In this document: positions 21,621 through 32,786 of the stretch, one piece after another | Layout: every line of letters starts with the position of its first letter | Numbering within the stretch: position 1 is the stretch's first letter | Assembly: GCA_965204375.1 (NCBI GenBank) | Contig: OZ241986.1 | Location: 4,416,001-4,480,000, forward strand | DNA length: 64,000 nt | From: Candidatus Latescibacterota bacterium | GTDB lineage: Bacteria; Latescibacterota; UBA2968 | Direction: 5' to 3' | Translations under genes and position numbers: made by a program | The notes under the pieces: generated by a model | What the model saw: only the letters and a program-made list of their open reading frames with translations | What the model was told of the DNA's origin: nothing | Databases searched by the model: none

Positions 21621-24600
21621 ATGTTATCTGCTCTTCATAACATACTCGGTGTTGCACGTTACGAGTGCAAAATGCTTTTGAGAACCACAAAATTTCGCAT
21701 TTTGGGTGGATTGACAGTGTGTATTTACGTTTGCTTGGGCATTAATTTTGCCTTGGGATTTTGGAATAAAGCACACAAAGGACTTGAAGGATACGAGTCT
21801 TATGTTCTGTTTCTCGTATACACTACCTTTCAGGCCCTTGTCATTCCATTTCTTGCAGGATCTTTTAGAACTGCTGACGAAAATGCCCATATTTATGAAG
21901 TGGTTGCTGGGCGTCCTATTTCGACAGCAGCACTCGTTGTAGGTAAGTATTTGGGCACTGTCAGTGCGTTTTTCTTTTTTAGTCTTAGTGTTCTGATTTT
22001 GGCCTTGAGCATCCAAGCAGCAGAGATCAGCATGGCGGATAATCCATTTACTATAGAACCTTATCTGTTATACCTTTTGCTCTTGAACTTTCCCACTCTG
22101 ATTTTTTTATCTTCTCTTACATTTTTTCTGGGGGTCTTGCTACGTCGGCCAATAGCTGCTGCCTTGATTGTAACTACATATTCGTTCGCTGCCATATTAT
22201 TCTTCTCAGGTAGTCAATATTTCAACGTGGGATTTGACTTTCTTGGTTTAGATGACTACATGGGTTATTCGGATCTGATGGGTATAGGGAATATTACACA
22301 AGTGGGTTTGCAACGCCTGTTTTACGTTTTGCTCGGCATTGGCTTTTTGGGATTGGCGATTGATCGATATCCCCGTCTTGCACACTCCATGAACGCGCAA
22401 TGGTTTGGTCGCGGATGCGCTCTAACCGGTTTTGGATTGACCACAGGTCTTTACTTTTTTTTTCATGCGGATGTGCAAAACCGGCAGACATATCGCCAGT
22501 CATTGCTCGCGCAACAGGAAGCCGTTGCACATATTCCCGTAACAGAAATCACTCATTATGACTTGGCAGTGACACTTCTGGGCAAAGATCTGCTCTCAGC
22601 CTCTGGCAAGATCATCTTAAAAAATAATCTTGAAGTACCTCTTGATACACTGATTCTTTCACTCAATCCCGGACTGAAAATTCAAAGCCTGATGCAGGAC
22701 AATGGTAGCAACATTGAATGGGATCGGACGGGAAGTGTGATCCGCGTCATGCCAGATGCTCCTTTGCTATCGGATCAAGAACTCGGTCTAAAACTAAATT
22801 ATGCAGGGGATATTGACACAGATGGTTTTGATCTCAAACGAGAAAAAGGCAAATCTAGGTTTTTGCCAGGGCGGATGGGCATGGGATTTTTAACGGCGTG
22901 GATTCGCGATAATTCCATCTTTTTGCCTCCACGCAGCCGATGGTATCCGGTAACGGGCGTTGATTATGGCTACAAGCATGCACGTCCGGCCTCTTTTTCA
23001 ACAGCAAACTTGCACATCACCTTCCCGCAAGGTCTCGAAATCATTACCCAAGGGCAGATAGGCAAGACCGATACCCTCGGCACACAAGTGATCCGCCAAT
23101 GGGTTGTTGAAAATCCCGTACCCGTCCTGTCTCTGAACGCGGGTGTGTATTGCGTGTATCGTGCCACCATTCACGACATCGAATGTGCCCTTTACGTGCA
23201 TCCATCACATTTGCGCTTGATCCGCTTTTTTGAAGATGCTGAAGAAGAGGTTGTGCGTGCGCTTGGGCAAATCGTGGATATGATGGAACAGGAATCAGGT
23301 ATGAAATATCCCTACCCCAATCTCTCTTTAGTGGAAATTCCGTTCCATATTCAGTGGTATTACGAAGGCTGGGAAGAAAAGGGGGGCCTGACGCTACCGG
23401 GCGTGTTGATGATTGAAGAAAAGGTACTTGCAAGGCAGAGTTTTACCCACATTTATAAGCCTTATCAACAGCAATTGAGTGTCAACCGAGAACCTAAAAA
23501 TCTAAAAAAAGACCTTCTGGTACGCGCTGTTTTAGAAACCTTTTTTGCAGAAGAAAGTGCGAATAGTGGGCTTTTTCGTAGCCCTGTTTTTCAACTCTGG
23601 GCTTATGACAAGAATTTTGTGGGCGATCATTATGCTCTGCTCAAAAAGGGCATGCCCCTATACCTTCAGAGTAATTTGAGAAACGATATGGCATCTGCTT
23701 TTTTTTCACGCCGCCGACAGCGTAGTGGGGTTAGCAGAGGGTCAAGCAAGGATTGGAATAGATTGACCGCCAAGATGCAACGGAAGTCGTTTGCCGATTT
23801 AGACCCCGAACAAGAGGCTAAACTCTATCGCCAAGTGCTTGACGTAAAGGGGCCGGGACTCTTTGAGATGATGGCGTCCTTTTTAGGTGAAGAAACCTTC
23901 CGCACCCTCATATCTGACATCAACCAGAATTATAAATATAAGGACATTGATTTTTCGACCTTTGAACGTGCCGCTGTGGGCTATACAGAAGATGAAGATC
24001 GCTTGAGACTACAGCGCTTGGTCAAAGATTGGATATTTAGCACAGAAATCCCAGGCTATACCCTGACAAGTGTAAAAGCCTTAAAGATAGACGATGGCTC
24101 TGGGATATTGGCCTATCAATTGATTGTGCGGATCAAGAACAGCGAACCCGGTAGGGGCTATGTGCAAATTACTGCCTTAAGCGAAAATGATGAGGCGATA
24201 AAAGGCGTCGAGATTGAAAGTGGACAGGAAATTGAAGTTTCGATGGTGCTGTGGGAGCAGCCCTTGCGGGTGATCATTGAACCCTTTTTTGCACGCAACC
24301 GCCAACCGCTCATATCCCCTGTGCGTGTTCCTGAACAGGTTACAAAGGGAGCTCCCATTGCCTATCTTAAAGATGTGACAGGAGAGGAGGATATGACTCA
24401 TGCGGATACGGATCCTATTGAAATTATTGTAGATAATGATGATAAAGGATTTTCAATGCCCATTCACCGCGTGACACGCTTCTCGCGTCCCGGCCTCAAA
24501 GGGGGTAACTGGCGCGAGCGTAGCCTGCCAGTAGCTTATGGACGATATGCAAAAAACTATCGGCAGAAGAAACCGGGCGATGGCGCACAACCTGCTGTGT

Positions 24601-24935
24601 GGACCGCACAAATTCCCAGAGATGGTGAGTTTGATGTGAGCTTCTATTTTCCCGACCAGGCAACAGCTAAGCGCGAGGGTATTGCACCAGCCTTTACCCT
24701 TACTGTTTTTCACGCGGGTAAGGTCGATACCCTTAAAATGGAGCGCGACCTTATGAAAGCGGGCTGGAATCACCTAGGGCGATACAAATTTGTCAATAGG
24801 GAAGAGGCTGTGGTCGAATTGTCTGACCGCGCAGAGGGGGTCCTATATGCTGATGCTGTGCGCTGGCGTTTTGTGGATAAACTCATTCCTCAACAGGCTT
24901 TCTTCGATCCACAAAACCCCGGTGCCCATAGGTAA
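21621..24935 (+). CDS. ABC-2 permease fused to an M1-aminopeptidase-like region (no HEXXH) and a golvesin-like C-terminal domain
   Basis: N-terminal TMs (VVGKYLG); M1-like beta domain (HYDLAVTL, WYP, YPYPNLSLVE); C-terminal GWNHLGRY...ADAVRW. Confidence 0.7.
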   Translation: MLSALHNILGVARYECKMLLRTTKFRILGGLTVCIYVCLGINFALGFWNKAHKGLEGYESYVLFLVYTTFQALVIPFLAGSFRTADENAHIYEVVAGRPISTAALVVGKYLGTVSAFFFFSLSVLILALSIQAAEISMADNPFTIEPYLLYLLLLNFPTLIFLSSLTFFLGVLLRRPIAAALIVTTYSFAAILFFSGSQYFNVGFDFLGLDDYMGYSDLMGIGNITQVGLQRLFYVLLGIGFLGLAIDRYPRLAHSMNAQWFGRGCALTGFGLTTGLYFFFHADVQNRQTYRQSLLAQQEAVAHIPVTEITHYDLAVTLLGKDLLSASGKIILKNNLEVPLDTLILSLNPGLKIQSLMQDNGSNIEWDRTGSVIRVMPDAPLLSDQELGLKLNYAGDIDTDGFDLKREKGKSRFLPGRMGMGFLTAWIRDNSIFLPPRSRWYPVTGVDYGYKHARPASFSTANLHITFPQGLEIITQGQIGKTDTLGTQVIRQWVVENPVPVLSLNAGVYCVYRATIHDIECALYVHPSHLRLIRFFEDAEEEVVRALGQIVDMMEQESGMKYPYPNLSLVEIPFHIQWYYEGWEEKGGLTLPGVLMIEEKVLARQSFTHIYKPYQQQLSVNREPKNLKKDLLVRAVLETFFAEESANSGLFRSPVFQLWAYDKNFVGDHYALLKKGMPLYLQSNLRNDMASAFFSRRRQRSGVSRGSSKDWNRLTAKMQRKSFADLDPEQEAKLYRQVLDVKGPGLFEMMASFLGEETFRTLISDINQNYKYKDIDFSTFERAAVGYTEDEDRLRLQRLVKDWIFSTEIPGYTLTSVKALKIDDGSGILAYQLIVRIKNSEPGRGYVQITALSENDEAIKGVEIESGQEIEVSMVLWEQPLRVIIEPFFARNRQPLISPVRVPEQVTKGAPIAYLKDVTGEEDMTHADTDPIEIIVDNDDKGFSMPIHRVTRFSRPGLKGGNWRERSLPVAYGRYAKNYRQKKPGDGAQPAVWTAQIPRDGEFDVSFYFPDQATAKREGIAPAFTLTVFHAGKVDTLKMERDLMKAGWNHLGRYKFVNREEAVVELSDRAEGVLYADAVRWRFVDKLIPQQAFFDPQNPGAHR

Positions 24936-25030
24936 TGAACTAGCCGCGTTTATGTTTGACCGAGGCAGACATGTCCCCAAAGAAACCTCATTTACCTTTT
25001 ATTTTTAAATTCATTGTGAAAGGTATAGTT

Positions 25031-27550
25031 ATGAAAGTCCTACATGTTTTGAATTATTCACTATGGTCTCGACAGGCAGGCTATACCATAAGAAGTAAAT
25101 ATATCTTCGATACCCAAAGCAAAATAGGGCTTGAACCCATCGTAGCAACCCGCTTCAAAGACACTCATCTTATAGACAGTAAATTTCTTGTTGAAGAGGA
25201 GTATCTGGATGGGGTATTGTACTTAAACGACATGACCCAAGCATCGCTTGATCAACATTTCCATGACCTTAGTTTTTGTCAGCCCCGACATTCTACTGCA
25301 TTACATCGTGAAGGATTGCAGCGGCAGTTCAAGAATCATATTTCTCGTGTTGTCGAAGTTCACAGACCGGAAGTGATCCATGTGGCCTCTCCTGCCCAAA
25401 ATGCATTAATATCGGCTGAAGTTGGACACAAATACAACCTGCCTGTGATCTATGAAGTGCGCGGATTATGGCACGAAACGGACGTGGTCGCTGGAACACT
25501 TGATACTTCTTCAAAAGCATATCAGCACCGACACTTTTTGTTTGTAGAGGCTATGAAACGAGCTGATCTGGTCGTCACATTAGCTGAAACAATGAAAGAG
25601 GAATTTATCCGAGAAGGGATTCCTGAAGATAAAATTTTCATTGTTCCCAATGGCGTAGATACATCAAAATTTACACCGAGGCCATACCCAACCCATTTGG
25701 CGAGAAGATTAGGGCTTGGTTCAGGTCATATAACCATCGGACATATTGGTTCAGTCAGAAAACTCGAAGGCCTCCGTTGGCTATTCAAAGCGGCGAAAAT
25801 GCTCCTATCCCATCATCCTCGTGTTAAAATTCTCATTGTTGGTGATGGAGATGAGTTGGAACCACTCCAAAGGCTTGCAAAAGAGCTAAGTTTAGAATCG
25901 GTTGTACACTTTACAGGACAGGTACCACACGAAGATATTCTCGACTATTATGCCTTAATTGATATTTTCGCGATACCCAGAGTTCGAAGTCGCGTGACGG
26001 AATTGGTGACTCCTATTAAGCCGTATGAAGCCATGGCAATGGGAAAAGCCGTCATTGTCAGCGATGTGGCTGCGCTTCGTGAAATTATAGATGACGGCAC
26101 GACAGGGCGTATATGCAATGCGGATGATCCAGAGGATCTCGCAGAGAAATGCTCGGCTTTAATCCAGGATACACAACTTAGAGCGGAACTTGGGCATCAG
26201 GCAAGACATTGGATTGCAGAACACAGAGATTGGCAGCAAGTAGTGGCAAATTATGAACCCATATATAAGCATGCGATCCAGGAAAAACACCATCGGGCAT
26301 CCAAGCCACTATCAAAATCCCGCCGGAAGCGTATCATCCTTTATAGCCAGCATCTCGTTGGCATGGGCCATCACTTTCGCAACCTTCAGATTGCTCGCGC
26401 ATTAGCAAGAAATCACGATGTTTACTTTGTGAATGGGGGACGCCCAATTCCCGATTTCAGAATGCCAGAATCCATTCGTTTAATTCAATTAATGCCTATT
26501 TCACTGACCCCAGAGGGTTTAGCGTCCGAAGATGGAGATCAAGGTATCCAGGAAACTTTCGAGAAACGGCTGATTGAATTGACCAAGGCAGTTACAGATA
26601 TCCAGCCAGACATGATTATGATTGAACATTTTCCCTTTGGTCGATGGAAGCTACGCCCGGAATTACAATGCCTGTTGGGAATGGTCAAATCGAAGTTTCC
26701 GGATATTCATATCATCTGTTCTTTGCGCGACATCCCGCTACGGGCAAAAACGGCTGATATTTTTAAGCCTCATTCGGGTATCAATGTAGAAAGACCAGAC
26801 CCCCTGATCCCTCAAGACCAGGACCTATATAAAGCCAAGAGGTATTATGAGGAAGTTTGTCCGACATTAAATGCTTACTTTGATGCGTTGCTTATTCATG
26901 GAGATCCGAGCGTGACCCAACTAAAAGAATATTTCCCCTGGGTAGAAGATATTGTCATACCGATTGTATATACTGGATATGTATCTGAAAAGCCGAATGG
27001 CGTGATAGATGGAAAACCCGATGAGAGCATAGACAATTTTGTACTGGTTAGCGCAGGTGGTGGTGTTGATGCCTACGAGCTTGTTGTGCCTTGTATCAAA
27101 GCTTGGGAATTGCTGCATAAACAGAGAAAGGTTGATGGTTGGAAAATGGTCATATTTCCGGGCCCGTTTATCAATGATGATCAATACGAGGCATTGGAAA
27201 GGATGTGTGAAATGGGGCCGTTCTATATGAGGTGCTATACACCTGATTTTCTTCAATGGATGCAGGCGGCTAATTTTGTAATTAGCCGGGCAGGTTACAA
27301 TACTTGTGTCAACATTTTGGAAACCGGTACGACTGCACTACTTGTACCGAGTTTACTATCTGAAGATCAAAATATCAGAGCAAGTAGGCTGGCTGATCTG
27401 GGACTGATAAAGAAAATTGATCCGGTTGATCTGACGCCTGATAGCGTCGCAGACAGTATTATGCAGAATTTATCTCGTCAAAAATCTCTTACCCACGAGA
27501 TTAAATTAAATGGTACAGAACAGACGCTTTCATTTATTGATAGTCTTTAG
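25031..27550 (+). CDS. Fused double glycosyltransferase (GT4 + GT28-C-like)
   Basis: N-half YEVRGLW, VPNGVD, KPYEAMAMG; C-half SQHLVGMGH, SAGGG, SRAGYNT. Confidence 0.85.
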   Translation: MKVLHVLNYSLWSRQAGYTIRSKYIFDTQSKIGLEPIVATRFKDTHLIDSKFLVEEEYLDGVLYLNDMTQASLDQHFHDLSFCQPRHSTALHREGLQRQFKNHISRVVEVHRPEVIHVASPAQNALISAEVGHKYNLPVIYEVRGLWHETDVVAGTLDTSSKAYQHRHFLFVEAMKRADLVVTLAETMKEEFIREGIPEDKIFIVPNGVDTSKFTPRPYPTHLARRLGLGSGHITIGHIGSVRKLEGLRWLFKAAKMLLSHHPRVKILIVGDGDELEPLQRLAKELSLESVVHFTGQVPHEDILDYYALIDIFAIPRVRSRVTELVTPIKPYEAMAMGKAVIVSDVAALREIIDDGTTGRICNADDPEDLAEKCSALIQDTQLRAELGHQARHWIAEHRDWQQVVANYEPIYKHAIQEKHHRASKPLSKSRRKRIILYSQHLVGMGHHFRNLQIARALARNHDVYFVNGGRPIPDFRMPESIRLIQLMPISLTPEGLASEDGDQGIQETFEKRLIELTKAVTDIQPDMIMIEHFPFGRWKLRPELQCLLGMVKSKFPDIHIICSLRDIPLRAKTADIFKPHSGINVERPDPLIPQDQDLYKAKRYYEEVCPTLNAYFDALLIHGDPSVTQLKEYFPWVEDIVIPIVYTGYVSEKPNGVIDGKPDESIDNFVLVSAGGGVDAYELVVPCIKAWELLHKQRKVDGWKMVIFPGPFINDDQYEALERMCEMGPFYMRCYTPDFLQWMQAANFVISRAGYNTCVNILETGTTALLVPSLLSEDQNIRASRLADLGLIKKIDPVDLTPDSVADSIMQNLSRQKSLTHEIKLNGTEQTLSFIDSL

Positions 27551-27687
27551 TTCTGTAATCTTTTGGGGAATACTACGCTCCTCAAGGAAACATGCCGGAG
27601 TAACTATAGGGCCTATGAATGCTGGTCCAATGTCCCCGCAGTGGTTTACGAATTAATCCACAAACCGTTTTCAATAAGGATATTAAC

Positions 27688-28695
27688 ATGAATAAACATT
27701 TACCATCAGATCCCTTTGAATCTCTTGAGGATGAAATTTCTTCACTGAACTTTGGTCTTCAGGATGATCTTTCAATCAAAAAATCCGAAGTCGAATTTTA
27801 TCAATTCATGTCGCAGATTTGTGAAGAATATAATCTGGAGGCAGCGTTACAACAGTATCCCGTATTTTTAGCCACTGATTTACATACTTCCTTTACATCG
27901 CAGTTCTCGGAGGTATTTGTCTTAGACGAAGATACGCATCAGAAATTGTATTTTGTCAATCGAGCACTGTATATCTATACGTCGTATATGGATAGTGTTT
28001 TGGATGATCGAAAGACTCTTAAAGCAGATGCCTATTTTTTAGCTTCTCTTTTGAGAGATCATGCATTTGGTCTTCTCAATGACTTATTTCCCCCATGTTC
28101 GGATTTTTGGGCCTTTGCCAAAAAGTATCAGCGTTGCGCCATTGCTGCAACACTACAAGAAAGAATAAAATGGAATAATCCCACATCTTATTCATTGGAT
28201 GAGGCATTTAACATTGCCTCTGGCAAAGCCGCCACAGCTCAGATGGTGACAACGGCTTTAGCCTGTTTGTCCAATTCTTCCGAGTTGATCCCTCCCTTTG
28301 AAAAATCTTTAGATGCCTTTTTTATGGGCTTACAATTTCATAATGATCTTAAAAATTGGCGATCAGACTTTATCGCTGGAAGATATTCGTATCTTTTGAA
28401 TCAAATTATTGAAAGAAAGGAACTTCACGAAAAATTAGAATCCGTTACCATGGAAGAACTGGCGCGTATGATTTACTTTACAGGGTTGGTAGAAGAAATT
28501 CTCGATCATTCAATAGATTGCTACAGGCAAGCCTTGTCGTATGTTCATCAATTACCCTGCACGGACTGGAAGATTGCGATTGACCGTAGCATATCTGAAA
28601 CGTCTGTTTTGCTCCGCAACTTGCAAAAACATAAGGAGCAAGAAATTGATCGGGTAAGTAAACTTGTAATGGAAAAGAAAAACAAAAGCCCTTAG
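27688..28695 (+). CDS. Class I isoprenoid-synthase-fold protein (prenyltransferase/terpene-synthase-like)
   Basis: Helical character with Asp-rich-like motifs DSVLDD and QFHNDLKNWRSD, plus SGKA. Confidence 0.6.
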   Translation: MNKHLPSDPFESLEDEISSLNFGLQDDLSIKKSEVEFYQFMSQICEEYNLEAALQQYPVFLATDLHTSFTSQFSEVFVLDEDTHQKLYFVNRALYIYTSYMDSVLDDRKTLKADAYFLASLLRDHAFGLLNDLFPPCSDFWAFAKKYQRCAIAATLQERIKWNNPTSYSLDEAFNIASGKAATAQMVTTALACLSNSSELIPPFEKSLDAFFMGLQFHNDLKNWRSDFIAGRYSYLLNQIIERKELHEKLESVTMEELARMIYFTGLVEEILDHSIDCYRQALSYVHQLPCTDWKIAIDRSISETSVLLRNLQKHKEQEIDRVSKLVMEKKNKSP

Positions 28696-28715
28696 AGGCG
28701 AGATAGGAATACACC

Positions 28716-30023
28716 ATGCAAGAATCCTTACCAGACCCGATTAAGTTGGTTCCCGAAATTTCTATGTATAAATTCGATACCTCTTTGGTAGAGAAGAGTT
28801 ATGTTTTATGCATCGGTACGAAACGGTTTGAAATAAGCGAAGGTATCTATCAACTCATAGAGTTGATAGATGGAAAAAGAACACTGTCTGAAATTGCAAG
28901 CGAATACTCTGCTATCAGGAATAAGACATACTCTGCCAAAGACATTGAGGCAATTATTCATTCATTTCTCGTGCCTTATGGAATCATCGCAAACACCACC
29001 TCAGATGACGATACTCAAACAAGTAATTCGTATTTTTATTTTCAATACCCTTTTATTCGAGTGAATGCGGTTCATGCCGTCAGTAATTTTCTCAAGATTC
29101 TCTATCATCCAAAAATTCTGATTTTCTTTATTCTATTCTCTTTTGTCTTTTTGTTGTATTTCTGTTTTTTTGTGTTCTCAGTCATAGATTTTACTATTTA
29201 TGATATTTCGTTTCGAGATGCGATTCTAATACTGATGATTTTTGGAATTTTAGGAATTTTTCACGAGTTAGGTCATTCTTCAGCTTGTGCTCATTATGGC
29301 GCGTCACCTGGCGAGATTGGGGTAGGCTTGTATCTGCGCTTTCCCGTTCTTTACTCTGATGTAACAGATGCTTGGAAGCTACCGAGAACGCAACGCGCGA
29401 TGGTGGATTTCGGCGGCATATATTTTCAGCTTATTTTTGTTCCTATACTCTTCATCTTGTATCTAACGACATCAAGTAGCGTATTTTTGTATGTCATTCT
29501 TTTTAACTACGGATCAGCACTGTTTAATTTGAATCCGATTTTCCGATTTGATGGGTATTGGCTTTTTTCAGATATAGCAGGTGTGCCAAATCTCAGGAAA
29601 AGATCTTTAGAAATTCTAAAATACTTTGCCAAGCGTTTCATTTTAAGGCAGAAAGAGATTGTCGAACCTGTCTTTCTGCGCATCAGTGGGAAAATAAAAT
29701 CGTTTCTTTGTGTGTATGGAATTGTCAGTACGAGCTTCTTCATTTTGTTCTTTTACAAGATTTTTTTTCTTTTTCCCGATTTGGTTTTAAATTATCCCGG
29801 TCTCGTATATAAGACTTTTAGCGAGATAATAAGCGGCTTTGCCGTTGGAGATTGGCAAACTGTTGGGCGTGCCCTTTCCAGCTTCTTTTTTCCTTCCCTG
29901 ATCATTTTGATGTTAAGTTTTGCTACATATCGAATGATGAAAAGGATAATGAGATTGACAAAGACCGTAGTGCGATGGGGAATACAAGTGACACGACACT
30001 TAAAAACACCAGGAATACACTGA
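28716..30023 (+). CDS. M50 (site-2) membrane metallopeptidase with N-terminal PqqD/RRE-like domain
   Basis: HELGH and NLNPIFRFDG; N-terminal LIELIDGKRTLSEIA. Confidence 0.85.
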   Translation: MQESLPDPIKLVPEISMYKFDTSLVEKSYVLCIGTKRFEISEGIYQLIELIDGKRTLSEIASEYSAIRNKTYSAKDIEAIIHSFLVPYGIIANTTSDDDTQTSNSYFYFQYPFIRVNAVHAVSNFLKILYHPKILIFFILFSFVFLLYFCFFVFSVIDFTIYDISFRDAILILMIFGILGIFHELGHSSACAHYGASPGEIGVGLYLRFPVLYSDVTDAWKLPRTQRAMVDFGGIYFQLIFVPILFILYLTTSSSVFLYVILFNYGSALFNLNPIFRFDGYWLFSDIAGVPNLRKRSLEILKYFAKRFILRQKEIVEPVFLRISGKIKSFLCVYGIVSTSFFILFFYKIFFLFPDLVLNYPGLVYKTFSEIISGFAVGDWQTVGRALSSFFFPSLIILMLSFATYRMMKRIMRLTKTVVRWGIQVTRHLKTPGIH

Positions 30024-30033
30024 GGAGGTAAGT

Positions 30034-31224
30034 ATGAATATCTGCTTGATTACCTACCAGTATCCACCATACCCAGGAGGAGTTGGAAGTGCAATGTATC
30101 GAATTGCCAAAAATTTGGCAAAACAGGGTGTCAATATCCACATTATCGCGCCAGGTCCTCATCAATTAAGGGATAAAATCTCACCTGTCATAGAAGACGG
30201 TGTGACAGTACATCGAACATTTTCAATATTATCAGATTACCATGCTGATCCGCATAGTTTACAAGTACTTGGCGAATATATTGTAAAACTCCATCAAAAA
30301 CAGAGTTTTGACTTGATCCATGCAGCTTTTCTTATGCCACCTGGGTTCTTAGGTGCAATCGTGGCTACAGAGATTGAGTGTCCCCTTATCGTCAGTATTA
30401 GGGGCAATGATTGGGAGGTTTTGCGATATAGCATCCAACACTTGGCGAATCTAAGGTGGGTATTAGAAAGAGCCGATTATGTAACATCAGTATCTCATGA
30501 ACTCATGGAAAAGATGCGCCGAATGGTAAGAATCAAAGCAGGAAAAGTCCTTTCCAATGTGTTTGATGCGTCAATATTTGATGCACGTTTACTTTCAGAA
30601 ATAACAGAAGAGCATAATAATAGACTGCAGGTACTTACGGAAACCTTTTTTCGGATGAAATCAGAAGGTAGATCAGTCATCGGAACTGCTGGATTTCTGC
30701 GGCCTAAAAAGGGGTTTCACATTCTTTTACGAGCATTTGGAGGGATTGTTAAAGCTTATCCCAATACTTGTTTGCTCGTTGTAGGACAGTTTGCACAAGA
30801 ATCCTACAAAAGAGATATGTTGCAGCAGATCAGTGACCTGGGTATCAAAAGGCAAGTTTTATTTACAGGTTATATTCCACACCGAGAAGTATTAGCGTGG
30901 ATGAGAGAGATGGATATTTTTGCATTCCCTTCGCTTCATGAAGGTTCACCAAATGCACTGTTGGAGGCGATGGGTTTTGGACTTCCTATCGTGGCTTCCC
31001 AAATCGGTGGTATTATCGATATAGTTGAAGATAATAGGGATTGCCTTATTGTTCCCGGCGGTGACGCCGGTAGGTTATCCCAAAAATTGCAACTATTACT
31101 TGAAGATACAGAACTCAGAAAAAGACTTGGTAAGGCCGCAAAACATAAAGTGGAAAACCAATTTTCTCCAACTCAAGAAACAGAACAGTGGCTTGACATC
31201 TATCACCGTATATTGAATAACTGA
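30034..31224 (+). CDS. GT4 glycosyltransferase
   Basis: YPPYPGG, KKGF and HEGSPNALLEAMG. Confidence 0.92.
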   Translation: MNICLITYQYPPYPGGVGSAMYRIAKNLAKQGVNIHIIAPGPHQLRDKISPVIEDGVTVHRTFSILSDYHADPHSLQVLGEYIVKLHQKQSFDLIHAAFLMPPGFLGAIVATEIECPLIVSIRGNDWEVLRYSIQHLANLRWVLERADYVTSVSHELMEKMRRMVRIKAGKVLSNVFDASIFDARLLSEITEEHNNRLQVLTETFFRMKSEGRSVIGTAGFLRPKKGFHILLRAFGGIVKAYPNTCLLVVGQFAQESYKRDMLQQISDLGIKRQVLFTGYIPHREVLAWMREMDIFAFPSLHEGSPNALLEAMGFGLPIVASQIGGIIDIVEDNRDCLIVPGGDAGRLSQKLQLLLEDTELRKRLGKAAKHKVENQFSPTQETEQWLDIYHRILNN

Positions 31225-31300
31225 TGTTACGCAGCTTTAAGCATTTGTAGTTCATCGAAAGCATATTGAAATAGCTCTGAGTGGACTTGACCCGTTTTAG

Positions 31301-31428
31301 ATGCTGTTGCCGAATTCCGAATTCTGTCCCGATGCAACTGAGCATAGGTCTTACAGAGCCTGAATTGCGACCCCAAACAGCCGTTTTTCCTACCGCAGGC
31401 TCCCTCTCGATCAATTCGGCAACAGCAT
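31301..31428. mobile_element. 128-bp MITE, copy 1, inside the IS3 left IR
   Basis: 16-bp TIR ATGCTGTTGCCGAATT; 8-bp duplication CGTTTTAG. Confidence 0.85.
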
Positions 31429-32658
31429 CGTTTTAGTGGACAACTTATCTCTTTCAGAGAAAGGAGTCCAAAATGGGCAAAAAAAGATCATATCCAGCAG
31501 CATTTCGCCAGCAAATGGTCGCGCTGGTCAGATCGGGTCGTAGTGCCAACGATTTGGCCAAAGAGTTTGAACCCACCGCCCAGACGATCAGTGCCTGGGT
31601 GCGTCAAGCAGATCGCGATGAAGGCCGTCGAGACGATGGGTTGACCAGTCGTGAGCGAGTAGAACTTCAAAGGCTTCGTAGAGAGAATAAACGCTTACGA
31701 CAAGAGCGCGAAATCCTTGCAGAAGCCGCGGCCTGGTTCGCAGCGGAGACCGATGCGATACCCAAAAAATCTTCAGATATATAAAGGCGCATCAGGCCAT
31801 CTATCCGATCACCATGCTATGCCAAGTGCTGGGCGTCTCCACCAGCGGGTATTATGCCTGGTGTCATCGACCTGTATCTAAACGGGCAAAGGACGATGAA
31901 AAGTTGACAGAACAAATAAGCACCTTTCACCAGCGTTCCAATGGGACCTATGGCGCACCTCGTATCTTATCTTTCAGGATCTGCGAGAAGTAGGTGTTCA
32001 CACCAGTCGTAAACGAGTTGCAAGACTGATGCGACAAGCCAATATATGTGGTCTCAGCCGAAGAAAAGGTATCCTGACAACATTCTATCACAGACGAGAA
32101 AGTCCCTGATCTGGTTAAGCGAGACTTTAGAGTTGATAAACCGAATAAGCTGTGGGTCGCTGATATTACCTACATAAAAACCTGGTCTGGCTTTTTGTAT
32201 CTATCTGTTGTCATAGACGCCTTCTCCAGACGTGTGGTTGGTTGGGCAATGGCCTCACACTTGAAGACGCAACTGGTCTTAGATGCTCTGGATATGGCAC
32301 TTTGGAACCGACGATCAGATGGGGTCATTCATCATTCGAATCAAGGGTCTCAATATACCTCCTACGCTTTTGGTCAACGCTGTGCAAAAATGGGGTCAGA
32401 CCCTCTGTTGGATCGGTTGGCGATTGTTTTGACAATGCCTTGTGTGAAAGCTTCTTTGCCACCCTTGAGTGCGAGTTGATAGACCGACATAGCTTCCCCA
32501 ATCATAGCCAGGCCAAACTGGCGATCTTCGAGTATATTGAAGGGTGGTATAATCCACACCGCAGGCACTCTGCACTGAAGTACCAATCGCCCATCACCTA
32601 TGAAAAACTGATGGCAAAAGGTGATTGGGTTGAAAGTTCGACACTATCCACTAAAGCG

Positions 32659-32786
32659 GTGCTGTTGCCGAATTCCGAATTCTGTCTCAATGCAAATAAA
32701 CATAAGGCTTACAGAGCCTGAATTCAGGCCACAAACAACAGTTTTTCTAACCGCAGACGCCCTCTTGACCAATTCGGCAACAGCAT
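32659..32786. mobile_element. 128-bp MITE, copy 2, inside the IS3 right IR
   Basis: Same TIR with one mismatch; duplication CTAAAGCG/CTAAAGTG. Confidence 0.85.
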
